From: Fistulifera solaris
Taxonomy: Eukaryota
Reading direction: 5' to 3'
NCBI GenBank assembly: GCA_030295235.1
Contig: AP026127.1
Span: 1,178,001-1,242,000 of the forward strand
Length of the DNA stretch: 64,000 nt
Shown here: positions 11,167 to 23,087 of the stretch, one piece after another
Numbering within the stretch: position 1 is the first letter of the stretch
Layout of the letters: every line of letters begins with the position of its first letter
Notes under the pieces: model-generated
Seen by the model: only the letters and a program-made list of their open reading frames with translations
What the model was told of the DNA's origin: nothing
Databases searched by the model: none
Made by a program: the position numbers and the translations under genes

Positions 11167-12501
11167 TCAATGTATTATATTGGGTCCTATCAATACACGT
11201 GCGCATTGTTCCCCCATTGTCTGGTTGTCTGGCTTGTCCCCGACTCCCAATCGTTTGTGGCGTGATCCTCCTCCTGATAACCACGATACCGTCGATCGCT
11301 GATGGTTGTGTTGGTTTCCAAAGTCGACATAAAGAGGCGGATTCGTTCTTCGTGCGGATCGGTATTTTGAGGAACGCTCCAAGCCATCGTTTTCTCGGTA
11401 CAGCCCGGCTCCCGACCGTTGACTCGCTGTATCGTATGGATTATCTGTGTAGTACTGTCCTGTCGAAGAAAAATGAAAGTGAGTCATTTATGCTTCGAGA
11501 AGGGTCAGCAACCGGCATGGGCGCTCTGAACTCACCTCTTCCACTCATGGCTAGTATCTGATTCGGGTCATGCGAATACAAATGGGCTTCTCCGTATGAA
11601 AGAGTGTCACTAGCGTACTCGGGAGGATATCCCTGACTGAGATCCGTATCATGAATGTGCATACCATCGGTATATATTTCTGGTCGTGTTGCGCGTCTCG
11701 TCATGCCAAAGAGAAGAAGTAAGACACTGAATGCGGCGAGAAAACTGAGCCCCACAATCAGGGGTACGTTGGGTTGCTTAGTCGAGTCCGTTGGGTTTGT
11801 AATTTGACCTTCTTCTACTGGTTCACTGAGAATGCTCTTATCAGTGTCTGCTACTTCGTTGTCACTCTCGTCATTTCCGGTGTTGATTTCTACATCGGTC
11901 TCGGATTCACTCTCATTGTCTGGATCGGCGTCGGTGTCGGATGCCTGCTCTCGATCATACTTTAAAAGTTCACAGTGAGGACCATAAAACTCTTTTGGAC
12001 AAACACAACCGAGATGGCGATACTCGTTGTTGATGGTAGTGTTCCCAGGTGCCACCTGTGCGCTGATAAAGCTACTTTTGCATTTTCCTCCGTTGGTACA
12101 GAAGGATGTCGATTCATTCGGATCATACTTGTCGGCACAGTATTCTGTGTAGGGATTGCGGCACATCAAACCAGCGAATCGGCTGACCTCTTCGGCCACC
12201 GAACAGTCACACACCATTTCTCCTGTGTCTCGTTGTCGCTGGCAGGGGCGTCCGTTTTGCATTTTCCGTCGCTCTGACACGGCTCTACCGGAACATCGCA
12301 CGCGGCACCTCCATACCCCTCGTCGCAGGCACATTGTTCGATCATTTTTCCACTCTGCACTAAGGCGGATAGCTCTTCTTGGTTATCTGATACGAAAGTA
12401 CAAGTTCCGTGTTCACAGGATAGCCCGCATTGTTCTTTGGCTGCCCACGACACAACTCCATGGAGCAGAGCAGAGACAATTATAGAGGATGATAAGCGCA
12501 T
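11167..12501 (-). CDS. EGF-like repeat single-pass membrane protein (frameshifted)
   Basis: Signal peptide MRLSSSIIVSALLHG; EGF motifs CEHGTC..CACDEGYGGAAC, CTNGGKC and CVCPKEFYGPHC; acidic linker; TM VPLIVGLSFLAAFSVLLLLFGM. The tail probably continues in ORF 11167..11487 after an extra A at 11469-11473. Confidence 0.75.
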
Positions 12502-12922
12502 AGTTTCCAAATCCTCACAGGAATAGACATTTGCAGCACAGCGGCGATAGAGTAAGTTGCGTTGTAGCAACTGCTTTTCACCTTCCTTCACTTGCTTGTC
12601 ATGCAATTCGTTTAGGATTTCAAAAAGTGGCGATCGATTTCGTCATGTACACATTTTTGGTGGTGGAATGCCAAAAACTCATCCAACAATAATGACTTTC
12701 TGCGTATAGTGTACCACCAACTCGTCTGACCGGTAGTCTCACGGATACAGTATTGAGCATTATGAGCGCCCGCGCGCGCGAGCGAGAGCGGCGGTGCATG
12801 TTCGCGATCTTCGCGGAACGAAAAGATTAAAACGACGAGAGCATTTTCTTCATTGCATCTCATCGAACAAAGCTTCTTGTATTCATATCTTATAAGTATT
12901 CTTTCAGACGCAACAATATCAA

Positions 12923-14410
12923 TTGCAAGCAGAACTATTCAACCTGCTTCCACTTCTTCTCCGCGTTCCGTCCTTTCTCCTTGGGATCGCGAATGTGCCT
13001 CGCTGGGAAATCGGGGATGAAACGCCTACATACATGATGCTTCGAGATCCCACCGATCTGGACGAACTTTTCTGTTACGATCACACAATAGCCATCTTGT
13101 GTATGAACTTTACACTTACGTATGTTTTGAGTAACAATGACGACGACGATCTTCCCGACGATGATCGATTATATCTGTCTCTAAGAAGCTGTTCAATGAC
13201 GAGAACCTTGATCATTGTCGGCGAATCAGATTGTGCTATCTTGGAAACTGCATTATACATCCTGGAACTGGAGAAGGAAGAAGTGCGATCTGGTGATTTG
13301 GAACTTTGTACGGGAAGTAGGCTCACCTTGAGACCGACTTGTTGGAGTAAATTACTGGATGCCGTATCGTCGCGATTTTTGGAGATCAAAAACACAACAC
13401 TCAGTGTGAAGCTTTCTCAACTTTTAGCGACAAAGCCACTTCAATTGAGTATATTAGAGGACTGCTACTATGAAGATGGGGGAACAGCTTTTGTCAATGC
13501 TCTTGAAAGGCGCCGCTCAATCTTTGATTCTTTAGAGCTTTCATGTGATCATTTTCATGACGATAATCTGAAACGTCTTTTTAGAGTTGACAAAATCAAG
13601 CACTTGGAAGTGCGCAGGGTGAAGGATGAGCTCATTCTTCTTCCCTTTTCTGCACAAGCTGACTCTCTCAAATATTCATTGTTGCTAAGCACACTACAGG
13701 GGTTGGAGGCCCATATGCATTCTGTCAATTTTGGCACGAGAAAGCTCGAACTCCTCCTATTCCATTCTGGTGGACCTTTTCCGACTTCATCCTTTCTCTC
13801 TTTACTTCGTCGAATGGCTCAATTCGACCATTTCGCGGAGCTTACAATTGATATCATGGATCGTGGGAGGAATCTCGTACCTGACTCAGTTGTCCAAGAA
13901 CTCATTCGAATCGTTACTGCCAACTGCGGTTTACAGGTGTTTAACCTACCAAATATCCTTAGTCATCCATACTGGAATGCACACACCACGACCTTTTTCG
14001 ACGGTCTGAGAGATCACAAAGGACTACGCACCTTCGGAGTAACGGTCACCGATAAAGTTGAAGCGTTCGGTCCTGATTTCATCCGTCTTCGACATTTCTT
14101 ATCATACAATCGAAACATTACGGTTACAGATGGGTTCCGTGATGTCTATACTGACGGTTTGTTGGTTGATGAGATTTATGCCCTCAACCGCTTTTATCGG
14201 GAATCTAAAACCTTGGTTTTCGTGCCGCAGTCGGAGCGACCATTGCTCGTGGCCACCGCCTTGACGCGAAGCGCCTCTGACCATTTTCAGCGATCGGCTC
14301 TTTTGTTAGCGGATCACGCGGATGCCTTACTTGACCTTATTCAGTGCTCTCCTAATTTGACAGCGAAGCATTTTGATGCCATTCATGATCTAGGTCATTT
14401 TGAGAGTTGA
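12923..14410 (+). CDS. Expanded-family diatom hypothetical (LRR/RNI-like) protein, paralog of 1..1466; start codon uncertain
   Basis: 495-codon ORF collinear with the first locus (LRDP, YEDGGTAFVNAL, VVQELIR, GLRDHKGLRT, LNRFY, FQRSALLLADH). The first ATG is at 13035. Confidence 0.7.
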   Translation: MQAELFNLLPLLLRVPSFLLGIANVPRWEIGDETPTYMMLRDPTDLDELFCYDHTIAILCMNFTLTYVLSNNDDDDLPDDDRLYLSLRSCSMTRTLIIVGESDCAILETALYILELEKEEVRSGDLELCTGSRLTLRPTCWSKLLDAVSSRFLEIKNTTLSVKLSQLLATKPLQLSILEDCYYEDGGTAFVNALERRRSIFDSLELSCDHFHDDNLKRLFRVDKIKHLEVRRVKDELILLPFSAQADSLKYSLLLSTLQGLEAHMHSVNFGTRKLELLLFHSGGPFPTSSFLSLLRRMAQFDHFAELTIDIMDRGRNLVPDSVVQELIRIVTANCGLQVFNLPNILSHPYWNAHTTTFFDGLRDHKGLRTFGVTVTDKVEAFGPDFIRLRHFLSYNRNITVTDGFRDVYTDGLLVDEIYALNRFYRESKTLVFVPQSERPLLVATALTRSASDHFQRSALLLADHADALLDLIQCSPNLTAKHFDAIHDLGHFES

Positions 14411-14710
14411 GACGCCTACGATACGAGAAGTTGTGATTTGAGATTATGCATCCGCGAAAACATCAGCCGCAGTACCTGGTACGGTGCTTGGATGATTGAC
14501 ATGAGAATAGAACACAGCTATACATCTTTGCACATTTGTTGGAGGATGTCGTAAGCCTTCCATTCTTTCATAAAATGTTCCTTTGATTCCAATATCTGTT
14601 TATTTATGCATTTTATTATGAATGAATTCCGTTCAGCCAAGAAGGATCCGAAATGTCGAGGGTGAAAGCAACCGGCCAGAGAAGCTTGAAACATCCTGCA
14701 ACAAGGCCAT

Positions 14711-17700
14711 TCACTCGGCTGCGTCGTTGCTGTGAAGACGATCAAACAGTGCATTCGCGGAAACAATTTCCGAGTACAGTGAATCCTCTCCCAAAGGTGT
14801 TTCCGCGAGCCCTCCCATGATCGATGGGTCGGATTTGACGATTGCTAGAGAGACTGGCAGCGGAGGACTTTTGTAGTGCATGCCCATTTTCTTCGAGAGC
14901 TCGTGACAAAATGCTGCTACTTCGGAACGACTCTCTTGAATGGCAAAATGTCCTGCCACGCTAATCGCTATAAAATGATTAGTCGGGCGAATGCAAAGTC
15001 TGCAGAATTAGAAGCAGTTGCGTTCACTTACATGTTGTAAAATCGTGATATATTCTACGTCGGTGAAGTTGTGATCGATACGTTAGAAGAGAAACCCGAG
15101 ACAATCAGAGAAACCACTTACTGATTCTTACCTATGAATCCCTGCTCCACCTGGATTTTCAAAACACGAAAAGTTATGAAGCTAGCCCATTCCCGAGGTC
15201 TATTTCGAATGAATTTCCGAAGAGCCTCTTCGTACACTTTCAACCGCTCGTACGGGACGCTCGTCGAAAACTTCAAATTTATGAACACAACAGCCTTCGG
15301 AGATCTAGCGGCGTTAATGATTCGAGAAGAAGCCATCGACCCGTTGGAGATCGTGGCTCTCTCGTTGTTGGGTTGAAAAATCACAGTCGTCGTGTACAAT
15401 GTGACATCCTTCAGATCAAGTTGTTGTCAGAGCTCGACGGGGGAACAAGGAAGGAACCATTCCAGACTTACCGTCACGATCCATCCAAACGATCCCTCGA
15501 GGCTGGAAAAGCAAAGCACAATCAAATGAGGCAGACATTGATTTACGATTACATCGAATAATATTACTTACTTGGAGTCAGACTGCACATTCGATACGTG
15601 AATCCTGTCGCCAATGTCGTACTACATGGATGATTAGGATGACGCACAACAACGAAGTAAAGGAAACATGTGGACGTACCGGCCGCTGCAGTAAAACCAT
15701 CAGCCAGCCCTCAAACATTCGAGAAGACGCAGAACCAATCATGAACGCGAAAGCGAGTACAAAGGACGACAGGGACAAAAACAGAGCCTTACAAAACATT
15801 CCTGTTAGATCACAATCAAATTTGACACATTCGACATGAACGACTTACCAATGGGCTTAAGCCTAAGAGAGGTGAGGTATCTAAAAAATGCTTTCAAGGA
15901 CTCGAAGCCGAATACTTACCGAGCTGATTCAGAATGATACACAAAGCGATCAAGTAAAAAATGACATCAAAAACGTTCTCGAAAGCCTTGTCAATCTGGA
16001 CGACAAATGTCAGTCACTTTGCTCCAAAGCGCTCAAATACGGTACGATGTAATGATACCTTTCTTACCTTTTCGCAGTTGCGAACACCAGCACTTAGCAG
16101 CTTTGCCTCCTTGTATACAGCATCGAAGCTCTAAAGAAAATGGACCAACAACACAGTTAGGGCGTCGGGTACAATGTAACAGTCAAACGCATATTTATGA
16201 CCAACCTTCACAAAGTCTAAAAGCTTGAGTTTGCCGTTTCGGTCAGGACGTAGGATTCGAATCAATTCCTTCAACGCGACCTCATCCAAGTTACCGTGGT
16301 CATCAATCGCAGCCAGAGCCAAAACGTCGAAAGATATTTCCATCGTTTCTTCGCTTTCCTCATCGAGACCACGAAGCGTCTGAAAAAGCTTTTGAGCATT
16401 TATAACTAAATTTTCTCTCGAGCTGGTCTCCCCAAAAGGAGTACCAAACATAAAACGGTCCTTCAAAACCTTCATCGAATGTCGAAACTGAGAGACAGCG
16501 CTGATGGGTATTGATTCGCCGATGCTATATTCTTTTTCGGGTTCTTCCCAAAAGCCAAGAAGTTCGTTGAGTCTTGTCTTTTCAGCTTGACTCAAGACTC
16601 GGTGTCCCTTAATATCCTCGGGGTCACGTATTATAAGACCATTGCCAGACATAACGTGTATGCTCTCCGATGCGAAGGATTGTTTCGTGGAATTGTCACA
16701 TTTACCTTGCCCTTCCATATCAGAGCCCTCACGTGTTTGATATTGCACCAAATGAATATACTGATCAGGATGGATACGCAGCCGACGTTTATCACGCGTG
16801 CGGCGGCTACAAGTCATTGACCGAGCCGCCTTGTTGGTAGCTACGACCGCCTTGCTTAGCAAGCATATCTTGCGCATCACCCTCGTAAGATCTTCGGCAT
16901 AAAAACGATACGTTTTCCGTCCTAAAGCCAATCCTAGCCATAAGCGCTTGAGCGAGACGACCAGCGTGATTGCTACCGCTATGCAAAGAATGCGAATATA
17001 TAGCTCACTGCTAGGGACCGAGCCACTTGGATTCTGATAATTGAACAACCCGATAACATCTTGCCAATAGGCCCAGTGATCAGCCCATGGGGTCTTGCCG
17101 GATAGAAAGGAGAAATCCAGTATTCCCCAGAAAAAGACAACGAACGGCCATCCTTTTGATTGGACTATGAACAAAGTTGCGAGCCTGCCCACGCATTTTG
17201 GCGCTATCTCAGTGGTCACGCAACAGTAGTCAACAATCATCAGCTGAATCAATGCTGCCGCGCTGAGCAGCGTCAACTGACGGACAATGAAAAGAAGCCA
17301 CCATGATGCCGATGCCGTTTGCGCCTGAAACTCCTCTCCCTTGATGTTCACCAAGGCTGTTTCATTTGTCTCTGGGTCAAAGACAGAAGTGACGTTGTAG
17401 TTCAGAATACCGGTTGAAGGATTGTCAGCCAAATAAAAAAGAATTAACGAAATACCGATCAATGGAGCGACAATCGCTGCATAAACCTTTGCATAATAGC
17501 GCAGTACGCTGGACCGAGACGACAAAAAGCTCACAAATTTAATGATGTGCTTTGGATCCATGCAACTCTGAGCATTTGTTGACATATTATTCCATAGACC
17601 AGTTTGTTTGGGAGTAGATTGGCCTAAATAAGGCGGATGCTCTTGATGTGAGCCAGTCTCCTCTTCATCACATCCTTCCTCAACATGCGATAGTTTCTGG

Positions 17701-19034
17701 TCAACGGTATTTCCCTTATTAGCGCCAAAATCAAATTTTCCACTTTGCTGGCTATGTCTGGACGCGTCGTCATGCCTTCCTTGCTCGATGTCGGTGATAA
17801 CACTACCAGTATCTTCCCTCTCTCTATCTACTTTAGCATTGCGAAAAATCAAAGCAGCATTTTCAGCAAATGTCGCTCCCGAGCTGAGATCCGCTGAATG
17901 AGGCTGGAGCTCTTGCTCCGAAATAGATGGGTTTGCACCCAATTCCTCAAGCACTTCTGTTATTTCCATCAATTGGGACTCTATTGTGTTTTGACGTTGA
18001 TGGGAGCGCCGCATAGATCTTATGTGGACGGGTACACTGCCAGGCGTTTCGTTTCCGGCTCGCTTATCGTCAATAAACGGTTGAAATTCAGAGTCGTCAT
18101 CACTTTCATCGTCCTTGACCTCCGGACTGGATTTTTGTCTGCCGGCCGGTGAAACATTGTTGGTATCGTCTGTTATATTCGTCGTCAACGCGGAAGTGTC
18201 GGTTTCTGCTCTATCTCTGTTGGCATTCTCTTGCTCTTCGAGCACTCTCATGATTAAAGTTTCCGCTTCCGTCTCCAGAGGATTGTACTTCAACACGTCC
18301 TCTAAAACGACTCTCCGAGGATGCGGCGAGCTGGTAAGAAGCGAGAAAGCCGTCGCGTCGCTCAAAGAAATGACACTTTTCGTAGGCCGGTGTGTGCGAT
18401 GCATGGGGTGATCCTTCGACGTTGGATACGAGCCCAGACTAAAATCTTCGGCTCGAGCGCGATGACTCTGTTCGACTTCCAAGAAGATGTTACTACCCAA
18501 CTCGTCACTCCATGATACATTGCGATGGTGATCTCGAGGACGATGCAAGGTGTTTGCAGCAATGTTGGGAATCGACAGATGCATGGGTCGGTTGGTCATG
18601 TCATTCGATGGCAGCGGATTTGTCTCAGTGACCGAATTCTCCAAAGGATGTTCAGCGGCCCGGATGCTGGCTCTTAAATTTGAATAAAAATCATTCGCTC
18701 TAGAGGGATCCGCATAATATCCTTGTTCATATGAAATGCCGGTACTTGAATCATTGTGATCGTTCGCTCTCGTAGTATCGTCGGGGGCATCTTTTTTGGT
18801 CGCTTTGACGAAATCCGGCGACGGCTGATGATTCTCGGACGAGTTGCCGTGTTGCGCCACACTCGGACCGAACAAATCTGAAACAGAAGGAACGGCGCGA
18901 TATGTATTGGACCGTGGGATCGTGCTGGCATTTTCCATGGAAAGATTCGTTACACCCAGAGATTCGAGGCGTTCCATCAACTCTTGTGTAGCGTCGTTTT
19001 CCGTGTCGACTGCATCGGCTGCTTCCGCCGACAT
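14711..19034 (-). CDS. MscS-like mechanosensitive ion channel with EF-hand-like motif; multi-exon 3' part
   Basis: Long disordered N-terminus, multiple TM helices, LRPDRNGKLKLLDFVK, LAFAFMIGSASSRMFEG..LLQRP, YDIGDRI, LYTTTV..NNERATISNGSMASSRIINAARSP and FIRNRPREW. Many short GT-AG introns lie between 14960 and 16205. Confidence 0.85.
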
Positions 19035-19199
19035 GATATCTGTCTTCAATCGATTGTGTTTTCAAATGTAATGCGTCTTATTATGAAAAAGAAAGTCCGC
19101 AAGCTTCGGAAGGATAATAGATCCGCGGAACATTGTTTTGCGGGTTTGCCAAAGAAAAAAAATGGAGCACGGCGCTGGCAGGCGCTGGTCTGGCTGCCC

Positions 19200-20945
19200 G
19201 TCGTCTACGCTTTTTTACACGTAGCTCTCGTACTGGTAGGGAAATTTATCGACAGAGGGGAACCCGGATATTGCCATACTTCGATCACACCTATTTTCGC
19301 GTCTTTCGGACACCAATGACAACAAGACTTTGCCCAACATTGCGCATGTGTGCAATAAAGCAATAATCTACCTCGATTAAACTGTGAAACATGAAACAGT
19401 AAATAAATACAAAGCTTCGAATGTCTACGCGTAATTTACGTAGCCGCCGTGGGAAATTTATCTCTGCAGGGGGTACCCGGATATTGTGTTTTTCTCCGTC
19501 CTCCAATTCTTGGGTTTAAAGTACCCAGATGCCATCGTTTCCTTGTCCACCGTATTTAATTCGTAACCGAAAGCAATCATTGTCATCGATTTGAAAACAA
19601 AATGTTGATTGAATGAATGATGCAACGCTTCGAATGTCTACGGCGTTTCACGTAGCTCTCGTAGGGAAATTTATCGACGGAGGGGAAACCCGGATATTGT
19701 CATACTTCGATCACACCTATTTTCGCGTCTTTCGGACACCAATGACAACAAGACTTTGCCCAACATTGCGCATGTGTGCAATAAAGCAATAATCTACCTC
19801 GATTAAACTGTGAAACATGAAACAGTAAATAAATACAAAGCTTCGAATGTCTACGCGTAATTTACGTAGCCGCCGTGGGAAATTTATCTCTGCAGGGGGT
19901 ACCCGGATATTGTGTTTTTCTCCGTCCTCCAATTCTTGGGTTTAAAGTACCCAGATGCCATCGTTTCCTTGTCCACCGTATTTAATTCGTAACCGAAAGC
20001 AATCATTGTCATCGATTTGAAAACAAAATGTTGATTGAATGAATGATGCAACGCTTCGAATGTCTACGGCGTTTCACGTAGCTCTCGTAGGGAAATTTAT
20101 CGACGGAGGGGAAACCCGGATATTGTCATACTTCGATCACACCTATTTTCGCGTCTTTCGGACACCAATGACAACAAGACTTTGCCCAACATTGCGCATG
20201 TGTGCAATAAAGCAATAATCTACCTCGATTAAACTGCGAAACATGAAACAGTAAATAAATACAAAGCTTCGAATGTCTACGCGTAATTTACGTAGCCGCC
20301 GTAGGAAATTTATCTCTGTAGGGGGACCCGGATATCAGCTACCGTAGATGCCAGCTTACGCTGGATGGCTGCTATGACAGACTTTGCCCAACATTGCGCA
20401 TGTGTGCAATAAAGCAATAATCTACCTCGATTAAACTGTGAAACATGAAACAGTAAATAAATACAAAGCTTCGAATGTCTACGCGTAATTTACGTAGCCG
20501 CCGTAGGAAATTTATCTCTGTAGGGGGACCCGGATATCAGCTACCGTAGATGCCAGCTTACGCTGGATGGCTGCTATGACAGACTTTGCCCAACATTGCG
20601 CATGTGTGCAATAAAGCAATAATCTACCTCGATTAAACTGTGAAACATGAAACAGTAAATAAATACAAAGCTTCGAATGTCTACGCGTAATTTACGTAGC
20701 CGCCGTAGGAAATTTATCTCTGTAGGGGGACCCGGATATCAGCTACCGTAGATGCCAGCTTACGCTGGATGGCTGCTATGACAGACTTTGCCCAACATTG
20801 CGCATGTGTGCAATAAAGCAATAATCTACCTTGATTAAACTGTGAAACATGAAACAGTCAAATATTACAAAGCTTCGAATGTCTAAGCGTAATTTTACGT
20901 AGCCGACGTAGGAAATTTATCTCTGCAGGGGTACCCGGATATTGA
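19200..20945 (+). repeat. Complex tandem array: 9 copies of a ~70-bp core at 213-bp spacing (426-bp dimer), then 202-bp spacing
   Basis: GGAAATTTATC at ~19240, 19452, 19665, 19878, 20091, 20304, 20506, 20708 and 20911; near-identical 426-bp and 202-bp units. Confidence 0.95.
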
Positions 20946-21085
20946 TTTTTTAGTTCCTTTGTATACGCACAACGCGCTCACGACACGCGAGATCGATTGC
21001 AACGGTGTTGCGGAAAAGTCACTATTTTCATTCGAGTGAATAAACAAACCCTTGTCTCTTCTCATTACCTTATTCATCAAATAGA

Positions 21086-21617
21086 ATGGCGCTTTGCTGT
21101 ATAGGAGGAGTTTGCATTCCGTATTCGGCTTTGTTGCCGTTCCTTGCCTACGGTTTTCAATGGCTTTTAACAAAATTGGTTGCTTACGGTATCTTGCCCG
21201 ATTGGCTACACGATCGTCTTCAAGGGATGCTACCTGCTAAGAAAACAACCAAACGACAATCCGAGTCTTGTTGTACCAGCACAACGTGCAGCACTGTCTC
21301 CGATTCCAGTATTACTTCGGTACAATCAATGGAACAATGGGCCGCCATTGTGCAGTCATCCAAGCCGGTGGTTTGCAAATGGACCGCCAGTTGGTGTCAG
21401 CCTTGTAAAAAAATTCAGCCACTCTTCGGAGTCACTTGCGGAAGAAAACGACGGAGTATTTTGTATCATAGATGTCGATGATATGGAAGATCTGGCTTCA
21501 GAATACAATGTGGCTATGATGCCCACTTTTCTCGTTCTCAAAGATCAAGTCGAAGTGGCTCGATACGCCGGTAGCGATGAGAACAAGCTACGGAAGCTTA
21601 TAAGTGAAAATCTATGA
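21086..21617 (+). CDS. Thioredoxin with N-terminal hydrophobic extension (one frameshift near 21425)
   Basis: WTASWCQPCKKI active site; the second frame gives IDVDD..LASEYNVAMMPTF..YAGSDENKL. Confidence 0.9.
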
Positions 21618-21806
21618 GACATTTGTGGAAAACTGATCGACATATTGTGTTTCTATATTGAAGGTTACACCTAAAATAATTTTAAAAGTCCGTTGAATAC
21701 TAGACTAGCGCTTGGCTACAAGTTTTCCCTAATAGTATAGCCTCACACTATCCTCCTACGATGAGCTCAGATGTCTCTGAAACTCAATTTTGTTCTTTTC
21801 GCGTGC

Positions 21807-22637
21807 TTACTTTTTCAGTTTCTCTTCCATGTATTCCACATACTCATCAATCAAAACGGGCCAGGCCGACGAGGACTGATCGTACGCTCCCAGATCTTCG
21901 CATTCGACACAAAAATCCCAAAAACTCGCCCATTGATCCAAGGTAATACGATTGTATTGTTGCTCTTGTTTGCCTTCCATCGACGTGAGAAAGTCGCAAA
22001 AGCTCTCCAACCGATCACTCGGAACGCGATCTTTCAGTACCATCGGCAATAGCGCCACGACCAGCTCTTTGTCCAGGGTTTTGTGCGTACCCTGACGATT
22101 GAACTGAAAGCAAAACTTGTAAAAGTCTTTGAATTCGTTGCCTGTCAGAAAACCAATATCGAGACGAGGAAGCATCTCTTTGACACTACTCCAGCCATTT
22201 TCTATAGGTAATGTGCCGTTCTTGCAGGCTTCCATAAACTCTGTTTTCGTCAAAGTACCAGGTTTCGAAGCACCCGTTTTCCACAACAGAACAATAATTC
22301 GAAGATCTGTCTCGACGTCTAGACCAAGTTTCTCTCCCAGCATGGCGATTCCTATCAAAATGATGAAAAAGTAAGAAATAAGACACCACACGAACGGTTA
22401 CTTGAATCAATATATTTCTCGATTTCATGCTCTCACATACGCACCTTCCATATTGAGTTGTTCCGTATCTATTTCTTCTTCGGGTTGTTGCTCGGCCGCT
22501 CCATCCAAAAGCTCCTGAAACAGTTTCTCGGCCGTACCCTCGAGAGCCGCCGCGTGGCTCTTCTTTTTGGATTTGGAATTCCACATGTCGTCAGTGTTGG
22601 CGGCCCTTTTCTTACTGCGTCCGCGGGTGCCTCCCAT
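21807..22637 (-). CDS. DCN1-like (defective in cullin neddylation, PONY domain) protein; intron 22352-22444
   Basis: LNMEG-IAMLGEKLGL, FKDFYKFCFQF, ITLDQWASFWDF and YDQSSSAWPVLIDEYVE. Confidence 0.9.
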
Positions 22638-23087
22638 ATAAGAAGAGGAGAGCGATAGAAACGATCGTAGTAATAGATAAGACACTTGTTCGGGTCTTTA
22701 AAGACGCAGCAAACGAAGAGGACGAGTTTTTGTCGCAACAAATGCGACGCGAGACGAGAAAATGCGTCGATGTCTGTCCCCGTTGCGTGCGCACCTCCGA
22801 CGCGCGTTCCCCTTCTGTCGACCAGTTCCGGCATGCTAGGGTGATAGGGTGATCTTTTCTAGACATCAAATAGATCGCACAATCATCCTAAATGAATGTC
22901 TCTATTATAATTCATCGTACGCATACTGCCAATGCCATTGCTTTTCAATGAAGGAATTTTTACATAATTACATAAAACATGTATGTGGATGAAAACAAGT
23001 AACAGTATCACGCAAACAAGAAATTTCAGTACTATAGTAAGATGCATATGGTGTTGACAATAATTTAACCAGCACCAACCACTCTTA

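Noticed and set aside
12766..12792. CG-alternating tract as a Z-DNA or regulatory element
   Set aside because: Too short and a single occurrence; no further support.
19636..19700. 5S rRNA, tRNA or U1 snRNA genes in the array (GTCTACGG, ATACTT starts)
   Set aside because: Similarity ends after 6-8 nt; no 5S internal boxes, TpsiC motif or U1 sequence.
19291..19932. Duplicated 71-aa ORFs, and the 213 bp = 71 codons periodicity
   Set aside because: The alternate monomer has stops in every frame I translated, and the 202-bp units break frame.
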